A stretch of 64,000 nt of DNA. Source: Octopus sinensis (Eukaryota). Position numbers and translations under genes: made by a program. Of this stretch, positions 48,984 to 64,000 are shown piece after piece. Location of the stretch: assembly GCF_006345805.1 (NCBI RefSeq), contig NW_021833265.1, forward strand, positions 1-64,000. Reading direction: 5' to 3'. Position 1 is the stretch's first letter. Each line of letters begins with the position of its first letter. The notes beneath the pieces were generated by a model. The model was not told the origin of the DNA. It did no database searches and was given only the letters and a program-made list of their open reading frames with translations.

Positions 48984-50857
48984 CTTTTTTTCTTCTTTCA
49001 AATTTGCTTCCATTTCTTGCCGAGCGTCTTCCCGACTCCTAGGACAAAGAAACTCATAGAATACATTGGTAGGCCATTAAACCAAACTCAATAGTTCGTT
49101 CGTTTAAAAAAAATTTTTTTTTTAAAGTTATATTAAAATACATGAGCAGCAACAGTTCTCACATCGATAATGCTCTTCTCAATACGTGTGATGTACCAGT
49201 TAAGACAATCTTTTGCACTTCTTGCAGGGATGGTAAGCCAGGGATCATTCTCATGTAATTTTCGGTTCCCTTCTTGATCATTCCTAGTGCTCCTACGATC
49301 ACTGGTATTGTAACCGCCTTGAGATGCCACATTTTCTCAATTTCAATGAGTAGGTCTTTATATTTTCTGAGCTTGTCAAACTCTTTCGCTGAGATATTAT
49401 GATCACAGGGGATGCTCATGTCGATCAATAAGCAAACTTTATTGTTTTGGTCTTTCACAACAATATCTGGTTTATTGGCCTTGATGGTTCGGTCTGTATG
49501 TACTGGAAAGTCCCACAGAATGGTTACATTTTCTCCTTCAGTTACAGCCTCAGGGTGGTGATTATATCACTTGTCGGCAGTTTTGATATTGTAATGCCGT
49601 CTTATTAGCCAGTGTAGATATTGGCCAACTCTGTCTTGTCTTAATTTATACTCCACTGGTGCTAAGACTTTACATCCAGAGATTAGGTGGTTCACTGTTT
49701 CAATCATGTTGCAGAATCGGCATTTTGGGTCTGCTCCATTTTTCATCACATTGGCCTGGTAGTTCCGGGTTAATAGGCTTTGATCTTGAGCAGCCAGGAT
49801 GAAACCTTCGCTCTCTGCTTTTAGCCCTGAGCTCCGTAGCCACTGATGGGTTTGCTTCTGGTCAATGTTTGCTTGTTTCTCCTCCCACCTATCAGCCAAT
49901 TGCTCGTGCGCTTTTTTCGTTGCCATTATTACCACCTTCTTTGCAACAATAGTTGCCGTACTTCCCTCGGGTTGTTCAGTTTGGGTATCCTGCACGAGAT
50001 CAATAGCAAATATTTTGCTTTCCTTTATGATAGAATGAAGCTTCTTTCGTCTCTCGTGATTTTCCACGAGCTTTAGCATCCAATCATTCGTTATTTCGAG
50101 ATATTTGGCCAGTCCAATTGTGGTTGTTTTGTAAGCTAGTTCAAATTGGATCAGGCCTCGACCTCCTTGGGCTCTGGGAAGGTAAAGGCGATCTACGTCT
50201 GCCTTTAGGTGGTGCATCCTATTACAACTCAGCAGCTTGCGTATTTTCCTATCTATATTCTTTACTTCACTCATATTCCAGTTCAACACATTGTAGCTAT
50301 AAGTAACAACTGGAACTACTAAGGAATTTATAGCTAACACCTTGTTACGAGCATTTAGTTCAGATTTCAGGACTGCACGAACTCTCCTATAACATTCCTT
50401 CCTGATCTTCTCTTCATGCTTGCATGCTGAATACCAGAGCCTTCATTTATCCCTAAATATTGTATGTTTGTTCTTGCTCAAGCTCTCTTATGACTGTGTC
50501 AACATCTAACACGACTGAATTTGTGGTCTTCACTTTCCCTTTCTGGAAAGTGGGCTTGGCACACTTCTCAAGTCCAAACTCCATCCCGATGTCATCGTTG
50601 AATGCTTTCACAGTGCGCAATAGGCCTTCAAGTTCATTATTGTCTTTACCATAAAGTTTTAAGTCATCCATATAAAATAGATGGCTTATATTTTTATTGG
50701 CAATTTTATACCCATACCCTGTTCTGTTTAATTCACTTGTAAGGGGTATTAGGGCTATGCAGAATATTAAAGGTGAAAGTGAGTCACCTTGAAAAATTCC
50801 ACAGTGATGTTTATATTTTCTGAGGCAAGTACTCCATTAGAGTGGTATAATTGGAGA
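48984..50857 (-). mobile_element. 5'-truncated Dong/R4-type element, family 1
   Basis: GIFQGDSLSP, YMDDLK, YLPRAQGGRGL, CRFC..ETVNHLISGC, and the RLE motifs PDIVV..LLIDMSIP. Stop at 49159. (ATT)n on both sides. Confidence 0.9.
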
Positions 50858-55130
<4,273 letters not shown>

Positions 55131-55132
<2 letters not shown>

Positions 55133-58100
55133 TATGTTTGACTTTTGCTTTATGTCTGTACAAGTTGGCTCCAAGTCTCACCCAGAGACCTCAAGGGACA
55201 ACAGGTTGGAAGTTCTGTGCCATATATTTGGGTTTTTTTTTGGTGTTGTACTAGTGAATGTCTAATACATAAAAAAAATTTTAAAAAAGTTTGTTTTAAA
55301 CCTTGGGATTACATAGAGAGTATTTTGCGTAGGATATGAGCAGTTCCCATGAGCACTATCTTTTGAATTTCTGCCATTTTGGGGTTTCCTGGTATCTGAG
55401 TTAGGTAGCAATCAGTCCCTTTCGCTATCATTCCCAGGGCACCTATGACAACAGGTATTGTTTTAGTCTTCAGCTTCCACATTTTGCTGATTTCTATTTC
55501 AAGATCTTTATATTTGCTCAGTTTTTGGTAGGTCTTGACAGATACGTTTATATCGATTGGGACAGTCATATCAATGAGGAGGCATGTTCTTTGTCTGAAG
55601 TCTTTCAATATGATGTCTGGCCTATTTGCATCTATCTGCCTGTCAGTTTGAATGGTGAAGTTCCAGAGGAGTGAGATGTGGTCATTTTCAAGCACTGGAG
55701 GTGGATTGTGTTCTCACCAGTTTTTTTCATGGGGCAAATCCAGGTTTTTGCAAATTACCCAGTGAATATATTGTGCAGCTCTGTCATGCCTGTTGAGGTA
55801 CTCTGTAGGCGCTAGAAGACTGCATTTGGAGACAACATGATCAATGGTTTCATTTTGTTGTCGGCATACACGACATGTTGGGCTACTGCCGTTCTTTAAT
55901 ATGTTGGCCTGGTAGTTTCTTGTTGGTAGGCATTGATCTTGAGCTGCTATGATAAACCCCTCTGCTTCAGATTTTAAGCCAGAGGCCATTAGCCATTGAT
56001 GGGTCAGGGCTTTGTCAATATCTGCATTATTCGCTCTCTTTGGGTATTTGCCATAGAGAGGTCTTTCTTGCCATTTATTATTCAGAATATCTAAGGCCGC
56101 AGTTTTGGCACGGGTTTTCATGCGCCTAGCTTTTTCTGTGCTTGTTTCTTGTATGTCTATCTCTAATTCCGAAATTGGTTGTATTCGGAATTCACTTAGA
56201 TATTCCTTTGCCTGTTTTGTGACTGAGTATGATGCTTTCTTGTTTTTTCATGTTTTGAGACAAGTTTTAACATCCAGTCCTCAGAGTCCTCACGGCCTCC
56301 CTCTTTTCTTGGCAGATAAAGTCGTTCTGTATCTGCCTTAGGGTGGTGCATTCTATGCATTGTCAACAGTTTTCGTATTTTTCTGTAAAGATTACATATT
56401 TCAGTAATTGACCAGTTAACAATATTGAAACTGTAAGTCACGACTGGTATGGCTAATGCATTGATCGCTTCGATCCTGTTTCTTGCATTCAGCTCTGTCT
56501 TGAGTATTGCTCTCACTCTTCGATAACACTCTCTCCTGATCCTTTTCTTCATCTCTGAATGCCTTATTCCGTTCCCTTCAATTACCCCTAGGTACTTGTA
56601 GCTCTCCGCTGGGTCTAGTTCTTTTATGACATTCTGCTGGTCAAGGTTAACGTTAGATGTTTCTGTCATTTTTCCTTTGATAAAGGTAGCTTTTGCACAT
56701 TTATCGAGGCCGAATTGCATTCTGATGTCGTCACTGAATTGTTTGACTATCGCTAGTAAGCCCTTGAGTTGTTGGTCATGTTTTGCAAAAAGCTTTAAAT
56801 CATCCATGTAAATGAGATGATTTATATTTTTATCAAACATGTTATACCCGTACTGCGCGTCATTGAGCAGCTTTGAGAGAGGTATTAAAGATAAACAAAA
56901 GAGGAGTGGTGACAGTGAGTCACCCTGGAAAATGCCACACGAAATTTTTACATCACCAGCATTTAGGGATTCATTGTCCCTGTTCAGAGTTAGTGTGGTT
57001 CTCCATGATCTCATACTTACAGTCAAGATGTTTCGCAGAGTAGGTGCTATCTTATACATTTCCAGGCATTTCCTAATCCAGCTATGTGATAGGCTATCAA
57101 AAGCCTTTTTATAGTCTATCCAGGCTATTGATAAGTTTTTGTGTCGTTTGTGACAATCTTCTAAGATCATCTTATTGATGAGTAGTTGGTCTTTACAGCC
57201 GTAGGATCCACGTTTACATCCTTTTTGTTCATTAGGGAATATGATGCTGTCTGTTAAAAAACTATAGGTATATTCCGTCAGGACAGATGTTAGCGTTTTG
57301 TACATAGTTGTTAAGCAGGTTATGGGTCTATAGTTTTTTTGTTCATTTGTTTCTTCACTTTTTGGAGGCAGGAATGTTAACCCATTAACTAGCCAAGCAG
57401 GCATCCTACTAGGGTGTTGCAAAACATCATTGTACAGTTCTGTTAGCAGTTCATGGCTCTCTGGGAAGGCATTCAGTCAGAAGTTAGGAATTTTATCCTT
57501 TCCTAGAGACTTCCATTTGCTTGACCTCCTGAGAGCAGATCTTATATCTTCTACCTTGACACCCTCTCACTTTTGCTCTTCTAAGGGGTCCAATTCTGTA
57601 GATATTCTGTCAATCTCTGGGGCCTTTTCGTTGTGTGTTTTTTCTTCTGCCCAAATTTTATTCCCAAATTCCTGCACTTCTTCTTTTGATGGTACAGACC
57701 TTGCAGTAAACGCTGTTTTTCCTATCTTCCTGTAAAAATTCTTGGGGTTATTTTTGAACATGTTGTTGTCCTTGAAAAATCTAACACGCTTTTCATACCT
57801 CGCTATGCGGGCAGCTTTGGCAGATACCTTTTGTTTGATGGTTTCTATGGTGGCATCAATATCAAGTATAGTTTTCATATTGTATTTTTTCATTAATTTT
57901 TGGGTTTTTGTAGGTTTGGTAGTCTTGTGAGCCTTAAGGATTTTCAAATATTTAATGTCAGATCTAAATATTTTAATTTGTTGTTGCAGACGCTCTTGCC
58001 AAGAAGGCTTTTTGTGGGAATGTTGCGGTTTTCTAATCTTTACACCGCATAGGATCGTTGAGATTTTCGCGGATGCATAGTATAGGTGGTTGAGGTTTGT

Positions 58101-59110
58101 GACATCAATATCATTAGCTGAAATTATATCCTTAAGTGCAAGCCGGATTTTACCAATTATTTTCATGTTTTGGTTAGAGTTGCGGATTTTAGGGAGTGTA
58201 TCACGTTCGTCCATGCTGGTTTCTTTAATTTTCAGCCATTCAATCATGATTTGATTTTTTAGCTCATGTATTCTGTTGGGTGGGTCAATATTTGTGTGAC
58301 TTTCTTTATCTATTTGATGCTCATCTGTCTTAGTGTTTATGATTGGTTCAGGGAGTATTTCACTTTGCCTATCACTTATACTAACTCTTTCAATCCTCAC
58401 TTCGTTTTTATCAGCCCTGGGCTGGTCTATAATTATTTCCTCTGTATTATCTTCTCTAGCTGCAGCTTCGTTCATTTTATCCGATATTGCTTGTCTAACT
58501 TGATCAATCTGTACTTCAGTCAGTAATTTTTTTTTATAATGTTTCTGCTGACGTTGGCAAGTTTGTTACTGTCTATGTAGGGTCTTACTTCAGGGTGTTT
58601 CTGTCTCCAGTTTAAGTATGCTTGTACAGTGTTAGATTTATCTGTGGGGAAATATATGGCATGGTAGAAGGCCTCAAGAACTTCTTTATATCTTCCCTAG
58701 ACCATTTTTCCTTCTTTTTCTTTTGATTATTTGGTGATGAGCATGGATGGCCATCTGTTGGAATATTCCGGTTGTGGGGTACGTCCAGCCCCTGTGTGTT
58801 GAGAAGATTGATCCAGTAGCTGATTTTTCAATCAGAATTTGGTTAAATTTTCGGTACGTGGTCTTTTGTAATCCGCGCAACGACCAATGCGGTTTATTGT
58901 TTGATTTGTTGACCTTGAAGCATGACGAGCTTCCATTCTTATATTAGGAGATGGATCTGTCAGTTTAGGGTTCTCTACATGTAAGCATTGCTCATAGCGC
59001 AGCTTCTTAAGGCTAGCAGATATATATTCGTCTGTATTTTTTTTGTTGATAGTTTTATCTCCGAACATTTTTTTTCCTCCTCTTCCTTTCTTCAAGGCTC
59101 ACTCTGCCTG
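55131..59110 (-). mobile_element. Near full-length Dong/R4-type element, family 3, frameshifted
   Basis: ORFs 58832-59095, 57567-58475, 56196-57422, 55714-56121 and 55309-55695 carry RT, CCHC and RLE motifs. The 3' end abuts (ATT)n at 55077-55130. Confidence 0.92.
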
Positions 59111-59919
59111 TATTAGTTCGAAATAATGAGAATAAAATACGGGGAAGAAAAAGAAAAAAAGGGAAAAAGACGGGATCTGTCAGTTATTATTGTTATTACT
59201 ATCACCTTCACCACCATCACCATCATTAGCAACATCACCATCACCATCATCATCATCAATGATATTGTTTTATGTGTAGCCACAGCCACCATCAACACTC
59301 CTACTGCCATTGTGTGGGAGAATGGTTGGTTAAAGAATTCATGCTATTTGGGTCTATAAATAGATTCGGCAGATGGTGGAGACAAAGGACGTTAATGGTC
59401 AGTAAAAGGTCAAACCTGTTTACATTTATTTATTTAATTTCCTTTTTCTTTTCTCTTTTCTTCCTCTTCACATGCATATGTATATGTATATGTATATTCA
59501 CTCACACATATTATCTGATGTTTTCGTCGATGATTTTTTTTTTTTTAAACTTTCTGAGTTCAATGTTATGTATATATTTTTAAATTTCTGAATTCAGTTT
59601 GATGTATATAGTAGTAGGTGCTTAATTCCATAACTTTTTATCGTGCATTTAATTGTGTTGTTACAATAAAAGGTAATTTAAAAGGCAATTTTACACATTC
59701 TTATAGTCATGAGAGACGACTAAATGTAAATGTTCACACAGAATTGGAGATATTTATGTTTCTAATTTTTCTTGTTAGGTGTACGTTTGTATGAGCTGTA
59801 GATATGTACGTTTTTAAACTTATTTTGAGGGAAATTCAAATTACTCACAGAAAACAGTAGATCTTCCAGTTTTCTACGGTTGTTTTTTTCAGTTGTCCTG
59901 CTGGGTTCGCTGTTGCCAA

Positions 59920-59998
<79 letters not shown>

Positions 59999-60409
59999 GC
60001 AGTAGTAGTAGATTTATTTCATTTTCTAATTTTCTAATTGAAAGATATATGGGACCTCGAACTAAACTCATGCCATAGACTGAGTGGCTGCAACATTTGG
60101 AGCGCCGGAACGCAAGAGTCACAGCAGGAAATATTGATGTTTGTTAACTTACAGAATAGGACGACGTGGCGATTGCTGGTGAACTTAATTCAATGAAAGT
60201 TTAATATTCACAAACAAGAAAAGACAAAAAGAAAACTAACAAGAATATTTTACTGCAAAATAAATGAATACACTTTCGAAATATTAAGTGAGATTTATGC
60301 GAAGGACATCATTGCTAGACATAGCGGTTCTAAAGATATGTTTAACAGATCCCGATCAAAATACTGACAACAGCACACAAACAAACACACACTCAAACAC
60401 GCACACACC

Positions 60410-60447
<38 letters not shown>

Positions 60448-60752
60448 TACACATGCACGCGCACACACACGCACACACACTCGCACACACACACACACAT
60501 TCTCTCTCTCTTACGCCTTCTCTCATTGAATCTGACTCGTACACGCAGACATGAAGATATTTTGTTTAAACTAAATAATTCTGTTTATTTTGAATTTAGT
60601 AATGGAGGCAACGAACCCAGCTTACAAACGAAAAATATTGTATATGAAGCGTTGGATTAGCAAAGTGTACGGCGTAGAACTACAAAATAATAAATACAAC
60701 GTGATTGATTTTCATCTGAAACAATAAAGCAAGCGAGAGAAAAGAGATGGAA

Positions 60753-60786
<34 letters not shown>

Positions 60787-61457
60787 ATGAAAGAAAGAAA
60801 GATAGAAAGAAAGAAAGATAGAAAGAAAGGTGATCAGAATTGTGAACAATTTTGATTTGATCCAGGTTGAGGATTTTCATTCGTTTATGGATGAGTTACC
60901 CAATTTGGTTCCAAATTTCTTCATTTTATACGTGAAAAAAATTAAATCTGTGTTTCACACATTCAGTTAATCTTCTGTAATTATTTTACGTAATTTAAGT
61001 AAAACTCGTATCATATCCTCATATAGTGTAAGATATCTTTTCGTCTCCCTCACAGACTAATGTCATCTACACACAATTTATATATTACACCCCAGACATG
61101 CATTATTTTCATCATCAAAGATATTGAGAATATTTACTGACAGTCACGTGACGAAAACGTTCTCTTTCACTGAACCTAAACACACAACCTTTTGACAAAA
61201 CGTTGCCTTTTCTCTTTTCTCTTTGGTAATCTCGTGTCTCAATCCGAAATTCTGTGCTAAACGCATCAGTCAAACCTTTATTAGAACCACCACTCCGGAA
61301 CAAAACTATACAATAATTCTTCAACACACACCAATCTACATAGACTAGAGAAATCGCAGCAACTTTTCAAATGCTGACAGTATTGTCTCTCTTTAGACTA
61401 AAACATAGAATACAAGTGAAGGAATGAAATAAACCCAGAAGATTCAAATTTTTTTAC

Positions 61458-61715
61458 CGTCTGTATAATTGGTCGGCACAGATCTTCTCAACTGATAAAA
61501 ATCGGTATTAGTTGCGCCTATTAGCATTTTCTCTGTTGCGTCATCTTTGTATAAAATACAGCTTGGACTTATCGTTCTGCTCACGAAGGATTTACATGCA
61601 GAAGATTCAAAACACCTCTTCGAACAGTCGTAGGCATCCACATCAAGTGTCATCAATGTTTTACCTTCCTTGAGAAGACAGTTTCCTACTTTTATAAAAT
61701 AGTTCAGATGTTCAA
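61458..61715 (-). CDS. PAN gene B: PAN/Apple-like domain exon 1
   Basis: ttgttacAG / GTAAAA boundaries, 258 nt, phase 1-1, open. All five Cys are conserved with arm A. Confidence 0.82.
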
Positions 61716-62448
61716 CTGTAACAAAGTCAGGAAAATTAAACAACCAAAGTACGAAGACGAAAATAAAAGATTTTCGAAATAGATAATATAAAGAGAGAGA
61801 ATATTAAATGTTTGACGATCAATACTGATATTTTTACCAGGAAGAAGTGATAAATTTGTTACTACCATAATGTAGGGATAATTAATCCATTCTATTATTT
61901 AAATGATTCATATGATATGTTCTGTAATGTTTTATGCTTGTGTATTGTAAAGTTTGCCCGATTATCAGAACTTAATTTTAATAAAATGCCTACAAACTGA
62001 CGAAAAACTGAAATACAACGAGTACGAAGAGCTTACTTTCAGAACCACATCTATGCCTCTGAATGGCTTTTGAGTAATTGTTAATAGCAACAACTTGAAT
62101 ATATCTGATTTTGACTGGAATACTAAGATTCGCCTCCTGTCTATGTAACATCTATCCCAGTTTGACTGAAAAAAATTTCACGTGCGTGAAATTACAGATT
62201 GTATTTTAATGGTTATCATGAAACCGACCAAAGATGCACTTATATTGGTTTTGAAAGTAACTCCTTATTATGTTAAGAATTGAATTCACCATCATACGGC
62301 TGTTTCGTATTGAACTAAAAATTATAAATTTTCTTTTCAACAAATTTATTTTGAGATGGAACATATTTTCCTATACTGAACTTATAAATTAAATTTTTGC
62401 ATTCTGATTTTTCATAATTTTCATAGATATTAATATAAATCTACTCAC

Positions 62449-62484
62449 GTCCATTTCCAAATGTCAATGAGATGTAGAAGAGAA
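62449..62484 (-). CDS. PAN gene B: 36-nt signal-peptide exon
   Basis: Identical to 15284-15319, including both splice sites. Confidence 0.6.
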
Positions 62485-63539
62485 CTGCAACGAAAATTTA
62501 TTTTGTAAAATATTTTATATTCCATGTCCACGTTTAACATTAATTTACAAACATTAAAGACGAAAAGATTAAGAAAGAGAAGTGTTATATGCATAATTCG
62601 ATAATAAATACGACGATGACCACCACCACATCACCATAAAAATATAATGCGAGAGTTGACCACATTCTTTCTGCTGATCCATTCCTTGTCAAACCCAATT
62701 ATGTTCTTAGAAAGGAATCTATGTCCACTGGATCATGTACCATCATTTGGAGACAAGAACGGTTAGGAAGGGATAAAACATCAAAGACGATACATAATAA
62801 CCACCTGACCACAATCGGGGAAATGACAGACAAAGATATCAAAAAGAAATCGTACAAGGATAAATTTATCAAAGAATGAAACAATAATATTTGTACTCAG
62901 ATTGATATCGCAATTACTTTTTGCAAAAACATTTCCTGGTGAGAGATGTGGAAACTGTCAATATTCACGATCCATGAATTTAAAATGAACAAGAATCAGG
63001 TATGAATTTGAAAACGATATGACTGAAGTACAAGATAAAAGCCATATCAACGATATTCTCAGTTCAAAAGATGATCCAGTTAAAGCCGGCCCACATGGTA
63101 CGCAAGACACTTTCAATTTAGCCGTACATCTCAAATAGTTCCCTATATAATCACCGACCAATAAAATATTTACATTTTACACAACACATACTGTAAAGAA
63201 TCACAGCGAAACAATGTAACACAACACATTCTCCAGACATTAACTGATCCAATAAAATAAACAAAATATATTCATAAATATATGCGAGAAAATAAAATTT
63301 AAAGAAAATTTGAAGAGAAACTATCTAATGAAATACAACCCAAAATATTTATTCATGCATAAACAATATATATACACACACATATATAAATACACACACA
63401 CACACACACATATATATAATTTATTTGTATATTCATGTCTCTCTCTATATATATATACATATATACATACATACATACATACATATATACATACATACAT
63501 GCATGCATACATACATACATACATACATACATACATACA

Positions 63540-63575
<36 letters not shown>

Positions 63576-63728
63576 TATACAGATATATAATTCAGTGTAC
63601 ATTTATACACAAACGAAGTGACCCTAGCAGGACACCATACACGCTAAAAGGAGCAGTCAAAGCCCAAACCACGGTTAAGAGTAATTTCGAAGGGAATGAA
63701 AAATAAAAACATTTTCAATAGTTAGCAC

Positions 63729-63807
<79 letters not shown>

Positions 63808-64000
63808 AAATACAACACACACAATATAATATATATACATGCATGTATATAATAAATGAAAACAGAAGATGGAATATACAAAGATATATTATTAATCACA
63901 ACAATTGTTTCGACATATCTAGCATCGACTCCCTGTGTGTGTATATATAAAAATACACAACACACATTAATAGTAATGGTAAGACAGCAAAAGAATGAAA

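Overview
AT-rich, microsatellite-dense animal genomic DNA. The repeat content (CORE- and Meta-type tRNA SINEs, Dong/R4, CR1-like and Penelope retroelements) suggests a mollusc, probably an octopus; this is an inference. About two thirds of the window is transposon debris or simple repeat. Under that debris is a ~49 kb degenerate inverted duplication: arm A ~14.4-36.1 kb, arm B ~39.2-63.4 kb, with a ~3 kb transposon-filled spacer. Each arm carries a convergently transcribed gene for a small secreted protein: a 36-nt signal-peptide exon plus three phase-1 PAN/Apple-like domain exons. The PAN exons differ between copies almost only by amino-acid-changing substitutions, while some non-coding blocks are ~97-98% identical. 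That pattern suggests diversifying selection plus arm-to-arm gene conversion. Near the centre, each arm also carries the first two exons of a second, unrelated secreted-protein gene, stopped early in arm A and interrupted by a mariner in arm B. All alignments, counts and identities are by hand and approximate. The initiator exon of the PAN genes is not identified. Single-base frameshifts could be sequencing errors.
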